Shown here in pieces: positions 26,548-36,074 of a stretch of 41,760 bases of DNA (position 1 is the first letter of the stretch; each line of letters starts with the position of its first letter). The notes under the pieces were generated by a model. The model saw nothing but the letters and a program-made list of their open reading frames with translations. It had not been told where the DNA came from and searched no databases. A program made the translations under genes and the position numbers. This DNA is from Anaerolineae bacterium. GTDB taxonomy: Bacteria > Chloroflexota > Anaerolineae > B4-G1 > SLSP01. The DNA lies in assembly GCA_034437215.1 (NCBI GenBank), contig DAOTVC010000132.1, forward strand, positions 1 to 41,760, given 5' to 3'.

Positions 26548-29500
26548 ATGGAAGAACTCTCACTCTCACTGCTGGGGGGATTCTATGGGAAATTAGGAGA
26601 TCATCCCTTACCTCCATTTCGCACGCGGAAGGCCCAGGCACTATTGGTCCATTTGGTCACAGAGGTAGCCCTCTCGGATAATCCTACTCGATACAGTCGG
26701 GATATGTTAATGGGGCTTCTCTGGCCGGAGCGAGATCAGAGGTCGGCCCAGGGCAACCTGCGGCAGATCCTCTACCAGGTGCGACAGGTCATCCAAGAAT
26801 TGCCGGGGCACTTGAACAGACAACCGGTCCCTTTCCTGCTCTCTGATCGGGAGACGATCACTGTGAACCCAGAGGCTTCTTATGGGCTTGATGTACGCTT
26901 ATTTCTCGATCGTCTGACCTCTCAGGAGGCGCATGTTTGCGATTCCCGCCTCTGCTCAGTATGCCTAGAGACCTTAGAAAGAGCCACCGCTCTCTATCAG
27001 GGGGATTTTCTTGAGGGCATCTCCTTGCCTGATAGCCAACCCTTTGAAGAATGGGTACTCCTCACCCGTGAGTTCTTAAGCCGTAAGGCCTTGGAAGCCT
27101 TGAACACCTTGACTCAGGCTTACCTCCGACGCGAGGCATGGGAATCTGCTGTGACAACAGCCCGTGTGCAGTTGCGTATAGACCCATGGCGCGAGAGCGC
27201 CTATCGTCAACTTATGACTGGGCTTGTGCGTGGGGGGAGACGTACAGAAGCTCTACAAGCCTACGGACAGTTGTACGAACTGCTGCAAGATGAGTTGGAG
27301 TTGGAGCCGGCTGAGACCACACGCACCCTCCATCAGGATATCCTGGCCCGCCGGCTAGTAGCGGTCGATGTGCGCCCGAATCCCAAGCTTAACTTCCACC
27401 TCTCTCCCTTGTTTCACAACTTGCCCCATCAACCCCCTCCCTTCATCGGGCGGGAAGAGGCCGTGACGACCGTTATCCAGCGGCTGCAAGATCCTAACTG
27501 CCGATTGCTGACGCTGGTGGGCCCGGGTGGTGTAGGGAAGACCCGCTTGGCCTTAGAAGCGGCAACGGCTTACAGCCGCGACCCACGAAACAAGGGGGGA
27601 GTCTACTGGGTCCCCCTGGCGCCGGTACAGCGGGCCGAACAGTTACCAATGGCGATTGGGCAAGCTATGGGGCTGACCCTTCGCGGTCAGCAGTCGATGG
27701 AAGATGAACTCCTGCTCACCCTACAGTCCCAACAACTGCTTCTACTGCTGGATAACTATGAACAGCTGCTGCCGGATATCTCTCTGGTGCGAGCTCTCCT
27801 GCAACAGTGTGCAGGCGTACAACTCCTGATCACATCCCGGTGGCGTTTGGGACTGCAGTGGGAGTGGTTGTACGAGGTCGAAGGATTGGCTATGGATATG
27901 ATGGGGGATGTCGAGGCCCCCGCTCTGGCCCTCTTCCAACATCATGTCCGCCGCCTGAACCTCGACCTGGGCCAAGGACCTGAGATCCGAGGTAAGATGT
28001 TAGAGATCTGCCAGGCCGTCGAGGGATTGCCGCTGGGATTGGAGTTGGCTGCCGTCCAGCTGCGACAGTTCAGTCTAGAGCAGGTAACGGGGAGGTTGAA
28101 GGACTCCCTGGATCAGGTGAATCAGCCGGCGGTTGATGTCCCGGAACGCCATCGATCCCTCTGGGCCTCACTAGACTACTCCTGGGCCTTGTTGGCGGCT
28201 GCTGAACAAGAGCTGCTGCCTCGACTCTCTGTCTTTAACGGAGGTTTTACGGTTGAAGCGGCGGTTCAGGTGGCGGGAGCAGATCCTTCTCAGTTGGGGG
28301 GGCTCCTGGATAGCTCCCTCCTCCGTAAGGAGAGCCGTGTGCGCTATACTCTCCATCAACTGGTGCAGCAGTATGCGTCCGAGAAACTGGCAGACCGACC
28401 GCTGGTGCTACAGGAGACGATTGCCCGTCACGCCGCCTACTATGCCAATTTGGCTGCTCAGCTGGTTCGTGAATTAGGGGGCTCCTACGATCTCGTCTGG
28501 GCTCTTGAGTCTGAGATAGAGAACCTGCGCTTGGCCTGGCAGCAGGGTGTAGATCATCCACACGAGCCCTTTCTAGCCCAGATGGCACCGGCACTGCACG
28601 CGTTCTATGATCTGAAGGATTGGCACGCCGAGGGGCGGGTGATCTTTGACGAGGCGCTGCAGGCAGTGCGCAAGCTGCAGAAGGTCACGGCGAATGGATG
28701 TCAACAGCGGACGTTGGGAATTCTGTTGTGGGGACGTGCCTGGCTGGGACACAGCCGCGAGTTGGAGGCCTGTTATCGGATGGCAGACGAATCCGTAGAA
28801 CACTTGCGCGCCGTCGATGACAACTTCAACTTGGGTATGGCTCTGGGAACTCGAGGGTACCTATCAGCATCGCTGGCGATGGGACAGCTGGGGAGAGGAA
28901 TCGCGGATCTAGAAGCTGCCATCTCCCTCTTAGATGTGGCGGTTAAACCCTACATGTTAGTTATCGCTCACGGTATGTTGGGTCTGATCTACGAGCGGTT
29001 GGGTATCGAGGAGGAGGCCGAGCGCTGGTGGCAGTGCTGCCAAGTGCTGGCAGCTGATCATACCTTCAGTCGGATGCAGGCTCTGGCCCACATCCACTTG
29101 GCGGACTTGGCGCGCTGTCGAGAGGAGTACACGCGAGCGGCTGAACTGCTAGAAATCGGGCTGGCGTTGGCGCAGGGGGGTGTGGATCAATTCGCTTATA
29201 GCGACGGGAAGAGGGTCGCCGGGCAGTTGGCCTTAGATCTGGGAGAGTACCAAGCCGCACGGGACCATCTGCTGGAGGCCTATCGCATTTCGACCGCTAC
29301 CGAACGCTGGGTCTGTCGCCAGGAACTGGAGGGCCTGCTAGGCCGAGCCTATCTGGAGTTGGGTGAGCAACATATAGCAGCTCAACACTTCTTACAGGCA
29401 TTGCAGCAGGCACGAGATCTGAGACTGACGGTGCCCACACTACGTCTGCTACAGCATTTTGCGCACTTTGTAGCAAGAGTGGATCTCGAGTGGGCCCTGG

Positions 29501-29712
29501 TCTTACTCGCGTTCATCCGGGAGCATAGAGAGGCACCTCCCTACCTAGTGGGTGCAGCGACAGACGACTTCATCGATTTGGCGGAGCAGTTATCATCTCC
29601 GGCTCGTGAGAGGGCTGAGCAGAAAGCGCAACAGATGGCGCTCTGGAAGATCGTCGTCTCCTGGCAAGAGAAGTTGACGCGGTCGGTAGATGTGAGCCTG
29701 CCATTGAATTGA
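26548..29712 (+). CDS. AfsR-like SARP-family regulator. It has an OmpR/PhoB-type winged-helix DNA-binding domain, a BTAD domain, an NB-ARC P-loop NTPase and C-terminal TPR repeats.
   Basis: N-terminus LLGGFYGKLGDHPLPPFRTRKAQALLVHLV. BTAD segment DPWRESAYRQLMTGLVRGGRRTEALQAYGQLYELLQDELELEP. Walker A LVGPGGVGKTRLALEAA. TPR-like C-terminus. 1054 aa. Confidence 0.8.
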   Translation: MEELSLSLLGGFYGKLGDHPLPPFRTRKAQALLVHLVTEVALSDNPTRYSRDMLMGLLWPERDQRSAQGNLRQILYQVRQVIQELPGHLNRQPVPFLLSDRETITVNPEASYGLDVRLFLDRLTSQEAHVCDSRLCSVCLETLERATALYQGDFLEGISLPDSQPFEEWVLLTREFLSRKALEALNTLTQAYLRREAWESAVTTARVQLRIDPWRESAYRQLMTGLVRGGRRTEALQAYGQLYELLQDELELEPAETTRTLHQDILARRLVAVDVRPNPKLNFHLSPLFHNLPHQPPPFIGREEAVTTVIQRLQDPNCRLLTLVGPGGVGKTRLALEAATAYSRDPRNKGGVYWVPLAPVQRAEQLPMAIGQAMGLTLRGQQSMEDELLLTLQSQQLLLLLDNYEQLLPDISLVRALLQQCAGVQLLITSRWRLGLQWEWLYEVEGLAMDMMGDVEAPALALFQHHVRRLNLDLGQGPEIRGKMLEICQAVEGLPLGLELAAVQLRQFSLEQVTGRLKDSLDQVNQPAVDVPERHRSLWASLDYSWALLAAAEQELLPRLSVFNGGFTVEAAVQVAGADPSQLGGLLDSSLLRKESRVRYTLHQLVQQYASEKLADRPLVLQETIARHAAYYANLAAQLVRELGGSYDLVWALESEIENLRLAWQQGVDHPHEPFLAQMAPALHAFYDLKDWHAEGRVIFDEALQAVRKLQKVTANGCQQRTLGILLWGRAWLGHSRELEACYRMADESVEHLRAVDDNFNLGMALGTRGYLSASLAMGQLGRGIADLEAAISLLDVAVKPYMLVIAHGMLGLIYERLGIEEEAERWWQCCQVLAADHTFSRMQALAHIHLADLARCREEYTRAAELLEIGLALAQGGVDQFAYSDGKRVAGQLALDLGEYQAARDHLLEAYRISTATERWVCRQELEGLLGRAYLELGEQHIAAQHFLQALQQARDLRLTVPTLRLLQHFAHFVARVDLEWALVLLAFIREHREAPPYLVGAATDDFIDLAEQLSSPARERAEQKAQQMALWKIVVSWQEKLTRSVDVSLPLN

Positions 29713-29959
29713 AGTTCAGGTAGTGCTGCCATGGTCGGAAAAATCGGATTTTCCAGAATCGAGCTGCTGAATGTGGAGCCTCACTCGATCATGATCTCAA
29801 TATGTAGTAGAGGGTCGTGCCACAAAGCCGATTTTTCAGTGAAGCCAACATTGTGTTGTTTATACCCACCTGCTCATACCTTTCTTCACAGTGGGCTCTT
29901 TGGCTCTTTTGGTCCGATCTGTAGGGGAGCTTTCATAACGCCGCACTCTGTCGAGGGAA

Positions 29960-29988
29960 ACTTTAGTTAGCCTGTGGTATAATTAAAT
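29960..29988 (+). promoter_or_regulatory. Extended -10 element TGGTATAAT only about 15 nt upstream of the ATG of the cNMP-binding protein gene, with no Shine-Dalgarno. This may be a leaderless or very short-leader transcript.
   Basis: Plus-strand sequence cctgTGgTATAATtaaatgtgATGATG. The call rests on the hexamer match alone. Confidence 0.3.
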
Positions 29989-31746
29989 GTGATGGACGCG
30001 GGCGAGATTATCAGACATTTGAGGCGCATACCTCTCTTTTCCCAGATAGCGGAGGACAACTGGAAACAGGCCTTCCGCTGGCTGCTGGAGGTAGTGCACG
30101 AAGCCGATTACGAGCCGAACGAGTGGCTCTTCCACCAGGGAGACGCCGCCAATCGGCTCTACTACATTGTGGAGGGCCGGTTGCGCTTGAGCCGCGTGGA
30201 CCGCGACGGCATCAATCGCTACCTGGGCGATCTGGGACCGGGTGAGAGCGTCGGCCAGACGGGCCTGCTGGTCGGAGACATTCACGATGCCTCGGCCCAG
30301 ACGCTCACCCCCACGAAGGTGCTCTATTTCGAGCACGAGGAGTTCCGTGACCTTCTGCGGGAGCATCCTGCGCTCCGCCGCGGCCTAGACGTGGAGCCCC
30401 GCATCGCTCGGCGTCTGGACGTACCGGATTTTCCCTGGATTCGAGAGGACGAGATGGTCATCTTCGCGGAGCGTCGTCACTGGGCCTATCTCGTCCGGAG
30501 AACGGCGCCCGTTGCCATATTGTTCTTGATCTCTCTAGCCATCATCCTTTTCTTGATCACTGCAGGCGGACCGATCGGGATGGCCTCCTTTTTGATCATC
30601 ATCCCGGTGGCGGTGATCGCCCTCTACCTTCTGGGACGTATGGTCTGGGAGTACATCAACTGGCGTGACGATCTCTTTGTTCTGACGACGCAGCGCATCA
30701 TTCACCTCGAGAGGGTCGGCCCCTTCGAGTCGCACTTCGAGGAAGCACCCCTGGACAAGATCGAGGACGTCTATGTGGATCAGCCCTCCTTCGCTGCTAA
30801 TGCGTTGAACTACGGGGACGTGATTCTCTATACCGCCGGTGAGCAGGTGGAGATCGACCTGACGGGCGTAGCCAAGCCCCTGCAGCTGCGGGAGCTCGTC
30901 TTTCGGGAGCTGGAGCGCAGCCGGGCGCGGGAGATTCTCGAGCGTAAAGGGCAGATTCGAGAGCGGTTGGAGGCGCGACTGCGTTCCGCTGAGGAGGAGG
31001 CGCCACCGCTTCCCAAGGAGGTCGCGCCGCAACCGGATGAAACGTCATCCGTGAGGCTTGCCCTGATCTGGAACTCCATCAAGGAGTACTTCTTTCCATC
31101 CTCGTGGAACGTCAGTGAGGATGGGGAGACCATCCGTTGGAAGCGTTATTGGTTGCCGGGCTTCTTTCATCACTTCTGGTATTTCTTTGCTTTCTTGACG
31201 ATCACCCTCCTGGGTCTGCTGGCTCTGGTGGACGTCTTTGGGGAGGTCTCGATAGTTGTGGAAGGGGTGCAGGTGGCCGTGGGGCTCTGGTTTCTGATTG
31301 AAGCTGTCCTCTTTGGCATCCTGCTCTGGCAGATGGAGGACTGGCACAACGACTACTTCGAGATCACGCCGACGCGGGTCATCGTCGTCTATCGCAAGCC
31401 CCTCCTTCTGGAGGAGACCCGCCGGGAGACCCGGCTGGATCGCATCCAGAACATCAGCTTCGACATTCCGAACATCATCGCCCGCTCCCTGAAGTTCGGA
31501 CACGTGATGATAGAGACGGCCGCCGACAGCGAGGGGCGCTTTCATCTGCAGTGGGTGCGTTATCCTGCCAAGGTACAGGCCGAGATCTCTCGCCGCCAGA
31601 GGGAGTTTGCCGAGGAGCAGCGCAAGGCCGAGGCGCAACGACGTCAAGAAGAGCTGTTGAGTTGGTTCGATATCTACGATAATATGCGTCACTCCCGTAG
31701 GCCCATGCCCATGGCGGGAACGGACGAACTTTTGGAGGAAGAATAG
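29989..31746 (+). CDS. Cyclic-nucleotide-binding (cNMP) domain protein fused to two membrane-flanked bacterial PH domains (bPH_2/DUF304, YdbS/YdbT-like).
   Basis: The cNMP fold has FHQGDAANRLYYIVEGRLRLSRVDRDG and GESVGQTGLL. Two TM pairs are each followed by a bPH_2-like strand (DDLFVLTTQRIIHLERV and DYFEITPTRVIVVYRK). Confidence 0.7.
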   Translation: MMDAGEIIRHLRRIPLFSQIAEDNWKQAFRWLLEVVHEADYEPNEWLFHQGDAANRLYYIVEGRLRLSRVDRDGINRYLGDLGPGESVGQTGLLVGDIHDASAQTLTPTKVLYFEHEEFRDLLREHPALRRGLDVEPRIARRLDVPDFPWIREDEMVIFAERRHWAYLVRRTAPVAILFLISLAIILFLITAGGPIGMASFLIIIPVAVIALYLLGRMVWEYINWRDDLFVLTTQRIIHLERVGPFESHFEEAPLDKIEDVYVDQPSFAANALNYGDVILYTAGEQVEIDLTGVAKPLQLRELVFRELERSRAREILERKGQIRERLEARLRSAEEEAPPLPKEVAPQPDETSSVRLALIWNSIKEYFFPSSWNVSEDGETIRWKRYWLPGFFHHFWYFFAFLTITLLGLLALVDVFGEVSIVVEGVQVAVGLWFLIEAVLFGILLWQMEDWHNDYFEITPTRVIVVYRKPLLLEETRRETRLDRIQNISFDIPNIIARSLKFGHVMIETAADSEGRFHLQWVRYPAKVQAEISRRQREFAEEQRKAEAQRRQEELLSWFDIYDNMRHSRRPMPMAGTDELLEEE

Positions 31747-31747
31747 A

Positions 31748-32332
31748 ATGGCATTGAGAGAGATTATTACTGTGGGAGACGAGCGCTTACGGCGCCGTTC
31801 GCAGGAGATCGCGAAGATCACGCCGGAGATCCAGAGTCTGATCGACGACATGGTGGAGACGATGCACGCGAGCAACGGTGTCGGTCTCGCCGCCGTTCAG
31901 GTGGGTGAGCTCCTGAACATCATCGTGGTGGAGGCTCCCGAAGACGAGGAGGTCCCCGGAAGCGGAGAGCGCTACATCGTCATCAACCCCGAGATCCTGA
32001 AACCTTCATACGAAAAGGAGGTGGGGATCGAGGGCTGTCTCTCCATTCCCGGCTACGTGGGAGAGGTGGAGCGTTCGACCTCCATTCTCGTCCGTGGGAT
32101 GGATCGCCGGGGCAAGCGCTTCCGCCTGCGCGCCGAGGGCTACCTGGCCCGCGTCTTCCAGCACGAGGTGGATCACACCCTGGGTGTGCTCTACATCGAT
32201 CGTCTCGCGGCCCCCGACCGTATCTGGCCCGTCAAGGAGGGCGAGGAGGAGACGGCGGAACAGACGCAGAAGCCGAAGCAGGAAGAGGAACCGGAACCGG
32301 AGCAGGAGCTGGCGGGCGAAGCGCGCGGGTAG
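31748..32332 (+). CDS. def: Peptide deformylase with a Glu/Pro/Lys-rich C-terminal tail of about 40 aa.
   Basis: Motif 1 GVGLAAVQVG, motif 2 EGCLSIPG, motif 3 QHEVDHTLG. GGAGGA ribosome-binding site. It starts 1 nt after the upstream stop. Confidence 0.9.
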   Translation: MALREIITVGDERLRRRSQEIAKITPEIQSLIDDMVETMHASNGVGLAAVQVGELLNIIVVEAPEDEEVPGSGERYIVINPEILKPSYEKEVGIEGCLSIPGYVGEVERSTSILVRGMDRRGKRFRLRAEGYLARVFQHEVDHTLGVLYIDRLAAPDRIWPVKEGEEETAEQTQKPKQEEEPEPEQELAGEARG

Positions 32333-32400
32333 CAAGACCGTGGTGTAAAAACAAGGACACGGAGGCCTTCCGTGTCCTCATCTTTGAAGAGGAGGACGTA

Positions 32401-33474
32401 GTGGTAACGATAGAACAGGTAACAGAGGCCTTAAAAGGTGTGATGGACCCCGAGATCGGGCGCAGTATCGTCGAGCTGGGCATGGTACGGGAGGTGGAGG
32501 TCGACGGCCAGGACGTGACGGTGACCATTGCCTTGACCGTGCCCAACTGCCCGCTGCAGAACACCATCGCGCGCAATGCCGCCGAGGCTGTCGAAGGCCT
32601 CGAGGGTGATCTGGACGTGCAGATCAACCTGACCGCAATGACCGAGGAGGAGCGGGCGCGCCTGCGCGCGAGGTTGCGCGGCGGACAGGCTCCCCAGGCG
32701 GCGGCTCCGCCCCAGGAGTCCCTGGCAGGTCAGATGAATCAGGTGAAGTCAGTGGTCGCGGTGATGAGCGGGAAGGGCGGTGTGGGGAAGTCGACGGCGG
32801 CGGCCCTGCTCGCCTCGGGGCTGCGGCGGGAGGGGCTGCGCGTCGGGGTGCTGGATGCCGATATCACCGGTCCCAGCATTCCTACCCTCTTCGGTGTCCA
32901 CGAGAAGCCGATGATGGGCCCCTTGGGCATCGTCCCCCCCCAGACGGAGACGGGGATCAAGGTGATGTCCATCAACCTGCTCCTTGACCGCGAGGACGAA
33001 GCCGTTATCTGGCGCGGTCCCCTCATCGCTGGGGCCATCACCCAGTTCTGGAACGACGTCTTCTGGGGAGACCTGGACGTCCTCGTCGTGGATCTGCCTC
33101 CGGGCACCTCGGACGCCTCGTTGACCGTTCTCCAGTCGCTGCCCGTGAGCGGTGTGGTCATCGTCTCCTCGCCTCAGGAGCTGGCAGAGATGGTGGTGCG
33201 CAAGGCGGCGCGGATGGCCGAGCACATGGGGATCCCTATCCTGGGGGTGGTGGAGAATATGAGCTACGCCCTCTGCCCGCACTGCGGTGAGTCCTTCGAG
33301 CTCTTCGGTAAGGGCCGGACGGAGGAGCTGGCGGAAGCCTTCGACACGGAGATGCTGGGGCGCATCCCCCTCGATCCGGCCCTGGCCCGGGCGGGGGACG
33401 CCGGACAGATCGAGCAGTACGCCAACGAGAGCTTCGCGGAGGTGGTCGCCGGGGTCTCTCGGCAGCTCGATTGA
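32401..33474 (+). CDS. Mrp/ApbC/NBP35-family Fe-S cluster carrier ATPase with an N-terminal DUF59 (MIP18-like) domain. GTG start.
   Basis: DUF59 segment DPEIGRSIVELGMV. Deviant Walker A SGKGGVGKST. A CPHCG motif. GAGGAGG ribosome-binding site. Confidence 0.85.
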   Translation: MVTIEQVTEALKGVMDPEIGRSIVELGMVREVEVDGQDVTVTIALTVPNCPLQNTIARNAAEAVEGLEGDLDVQINLTAMTEEERARLRARLRGGQAPQAAAPPQESLAGQMNQVKSVVAVMSGKGGVGKSTAAALLASGLRREGLRVGVLDADITGPSIPTLFGVHEKPMMGPLGIVPPQTETGIKVMSINLLLDREDEAVIWRGPLIAGAITQFWNDVFWGDLDVLVVDLPPGTSDASLTVLQSLPVSGVVIVSSPQELAEMVVRKAARMAEHMGIPILGVVENMSYALCPHCGESFELFGKGRTEELAEAFDTEMLGRIPLDPALARAGDAGQIEQYANESFAEVVAGVSRQLD

Positions 33475-33497
33475 GAGTCCTCGAGTATCTCAGCACC

Positions 33498-33528
33498 GAG
33501 CACGGCGCTGCAGCGCCGTGCTCTTTTT
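33498..33528 (+). terminator. Intrinsic terminator after the mrp-like gene: GAGCACGGCGCtgcaGCGCCGTGCTC followed by TTTTT.
   Basis: An 11-bp GC-rich stem with a T-run immediately 3'. Confidence 0.8.
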
Positions 33529-33647
33529 CATCCCGCCCGCGCATTTTTCACGATGTTCATTTGCTCAACCACCCCATCTTCCGTATAATGAAGGTGTAGT
33601 CGCCTCGCATTCAGTAGCCGTACCAGATGCCTTAAGGAGGGTCATAC

Positions 33648-34910
33648 ATGCCTACCTCTATGAAAGACGTTCTCGGAGTGATCCTCGGTGGCGGTGCCGG
33701 AAGCCGGCTCTACCCTCTCACCAAGCTGCGGGCCAAACCCGCCGTGCCGTTGGCCGGTCACTACCGCCTCATCGATATTCCCATCAGCAACTGCATCCAC
33801 TCCGACATCAACCACATCTACGTCCTGACCCAGTTCAACTCCGTCTCGCTGCACCGCCATATCACCCGCACCTACCAGTTCGATAACTTCTCGGGTGGGT
33901 GGGTGCGCATCCTGGCGGCGGAGCAGACGCCGGGCAGCACCTCGTGGTATCAGGGGACCGCCGATGCCCTGCGCAAGCAGCTCTTCCAGCTGCAGGTGCC
34001 CCGGGCTTCCGACATCATCATTCTCTCGGGTGATCACCTCTATCGCATGGACTATTCGAAGTTCGTGGAGTTCCACCGCGAGCACGAGGCCGAGATCACC
34101 ATCGCGGTCAAGCCGGTGACCGCCCAGGACGCCTCCCGCTTCGGCGTTCTCCGTGCCGATGAGGACAGACGGATCAGCAGCTTCATCGAGAAGCCCTCTC
34201 AGGAGAATCTCCAGGGTTGGGAGAGCATCGAGGGGAACAAGCCCTACCTGGGCTCCATGGGTATCTACATCTTCAAGACGAAGACGCTCGTCGACGAGCT
34301 GCGCTCGGAGGAGGGCTCGGACTTCGGCAAGCACATCATCCCCGCCGCCATCGAGAAGGGGCTGGAGATCTACGCCTACCCCTTCGACGGCTACTGGGAG
34401 GACATCGGGACCATCCGCGCCTTCTACGAGGTCAACCTCGCCTTGACCAGGCCCCATCCGCCCTTCGACTTCTTCGACGCCGAGTGGCCCATCTACACCC
34501 GCCCCCGCTATCTACCCGGCAGTCTCATCCTGGACTCCGATCTGCGCCAGGCCTTCATCGCGCCCGGCTGCATCATCGATCGGGCCACGATCCGCGAGAG
34601 CGTCATCGGCTTGCGCAGCAGCGTCCGACCGGGGGCCCACCTCCACCGCGTCGTCATGATGGGCGCCGACTACTACGAGACGGAGGCCGACCTGAAGGAG
34701 AACCGGCAGCTGGGGTTGCCGGACATCGGCGTGAGCGAGGGGAGCGTCATCGAAGGGGCCATCCTCGACAAGAACGTGCGGATCGGGCGCAACGTGGTCA
34801 TTCGCAGCCACGCGGATAGCCCCGACGAGGAGACGAAGAGCTACTCCATCCGCGATGGGCTCGTCGTCGTCTCCAAAGGGGTCACCATTCCCGACGGGAC
34901 CATCATCTAG
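33648..34910 (+). CDS. glgC: Glucose-1-phosphate adenylyltransferase (ADP-glucose pyrophosphorylase).
   Basis: VLGVILGGGAGSRLYPLTKLRAKPAVPLAGHYRLIDIPISNCIHSDINHIYVLTQFNSVSLHRH and a left-handed beta-helix C-terminus. AAGGAGGG ribosome-binding site. A possible -10 TATAAT sits at about 33584. Confidence 0.9.
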   Translation: MPTSMKDVLGVILGGGAGSRLYPLTKLRAKPAVPLAGHYRLIDIPISNCIHSDINHIYVLTQFNSVSLHRHITRTYQFDNFSGGWVRILAAEQTPGSTSWYQGTADALRKQLFQLQVPRASDIIILSGDHLYRMDYSKFVEFHREHEAEITIAVKPVTAQDASRFGVLRADEDRRISSFIEKPSQENLQGWESIEGNKPYLGSMGIYIFKTKTLVDELRSEEGSDFGKHIIPAAIEKGLEIYAYPFDGYWEDIGTIRAFYEVNLALTRPHPPFDFFDAEWPIYTRPRYLPGSLILDSDLRQAFIAPGCIIDRATIRESVIGLRSSVRPGAHLHRVVMMGADYYETEADLKENRQLGLPDIGVSEGSVIEGAILDKNVRIGRNVVIRSHADSPDEETKSYSIRDGLVVVSKGVTIPDGTII

Positions 34911-34976
34911 AGAGCCCTCTTCGGTTAAGGATAGCTACCACTATTTAGGGTACCATCGGGTTGAGCAAGGTCGTGA

Positions 34977-35011
34977 AGCGTGAAACGTGACCCCACGTTT
35001 CACGCTTTTCT
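34977..35011 (+). terminator. Terminator between the convergent glgC and decarboxylase genes: a perfect 13-bp stem AGCGTGAAACGTG/CACGTTTCACGCT with loop ACCCC, then TTTTC.
   Basis: Read directly from the sequence. On the plus strand a T-tract follows the stem. Confidence 0.7.
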
Positions 35012-35065
35012 CTAGAATTCACCGACCGGTTTGAAACACGTCCGTTCGTTCTGTTGGCTTCGCAC

Positions 35066-36073
35066 TCACCCCACCAACCAGGCGCCCCGCCCGGGCGCAC
35101 TGCTGATGTAGCTTCCACCCAGGATGGAGAGACTGCCCTCCAACACCTCCTCCAGCCGGGATTCTCTCTCCGCCTCGCAGAGCAGGTGGACGCTGGGACC
35201 TGCGTCGAGGGAGAAGTAGACGGGCAGCCCCGCCCGCCGCCACGTCTGGACGCTGCGCAGCAGGGCCACCGTCTCGGGCTGCCAGTAGAGGATGCCGCTG
35301 AGCCAGGGCTTTTCGTCGACCCGGGAGGTCATGGCGACGGCGTGCAGGCTCAGCGCCTCCCGTTCGACGGCGCAGCCCAGCGCCGCGAAGTCCCGGTCGA
35401 GGAGGGCGCTCCTGACCGTGCGCAGGGTCTCCCGGACCGAGGCCAGGCGTGCTGTGAAGAAGGGGCTGGTGAGGGCCGCCCGGTGACCGGCGAGGGAGGA
35501 GACGGCTTTGGGACGGACGTCGAAGGAGACGGTCAGGATGCGCAGGTCCCAGTGCTCGGGAGGTGCGACCTGCCGGGCGTAGGATTCGGCATCGCTCTCT
35601 CCTGCGAGCCATTCGACGAAGCCGGCGGGAATGGAGCGGCAGGCCGAGCCCGACCCCTTGCGGGCGAGGATGGAGAGCGCGCGCTCGTCGAGGTCGAGGC
35701 CGGCGGCGCGGGTGGCTGCCAGGGAGAGGGCCGCGAAGGCCGAAGCCGAGGAGGCGACGCCGGCCGCCGCCGGAAAGTCGTTGTGAGAGTCGACGCGGGC
35801 GGGGCTCCCGACCCCCGCCATCTCCCGGACCCGGTCCAGATGTGCCGAGACCCGGGTGCAGGTGACGGGATCGCAGACCTCGTCGTTGAGGAAGACCGCA
35901 TCCTCCGCCAGCGCCTCGTCGAAGGTCACGGTGGTGGTCGTCGTGGCCCCGCTGAGGTTGACGGAGAGGGAGTCGTTGGCAGGGAGATTGAGCGCGGCGT
36001 CCCTCTGTCCCCAGTACTTCACGAGGGCGAGGTTGGGATGGGCCGCGGCCGTAGCACGTCTCTGCGCGGACAT
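35066..36073 (-). CDS. GHMP-kinase-family mevalonate diphosphate decarboxylase homologue. In Chloroflexota such homologues can instead be mevalonate-5-phosphate decarboxylases.
   Basis: NLALVKYWGQRD, NDSLSVNLS, GSGSACRS and FSLDAGPSVHLLC are the conserved MVD-family motifs. A GAGGAG ribosome-binding site lies 5 nt upstream. The ATG sits 1 nt after the stop of the upstream lipoprotein gene. Confidence 0.8.
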   Translation of the reverse strand: MSAQRRATAAAHPNLALVKYWGQRDAALNLPANDSLSVNLSGATTTTTVTFDEALAEDAVFLNDEVCDPVTCTRVSAHLDRVREMAGVGSPARVDSHNDFPAAAGVASSASAFAALSLAATRAAGLDLDERALSILARKGSGSACRSIPAGFVEWLAGESDAESYARQVAPPEHWDLRILTVSFDVRPKAVSSLAGHRAALTSPFFTARLASVRETLRTVRSALLDRDFAALGCAVEREALSLHAVAMTSRVDEKPWLSGILYWQPETVALLRSVQTWRRAGLPVYFSLDAGPSVHLLCEAERESRLEEVLEGSLSILGGSYISSAPGRGAWLVG

Positions 36074-36074
36074 C

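Noticed and set aside
29740-29860. A GGAAAAATCGGATTTTCC palindrome and a similar AAAGCCGATTTTTCAG direct repeat downstream of the SARP gene, considered as a terminator.
   Set aside because: The stem is short and A/T-rich with no clear U-tract geometry, so it is not convincing as an intrinsic terminator. Noted only as a weak repeat.
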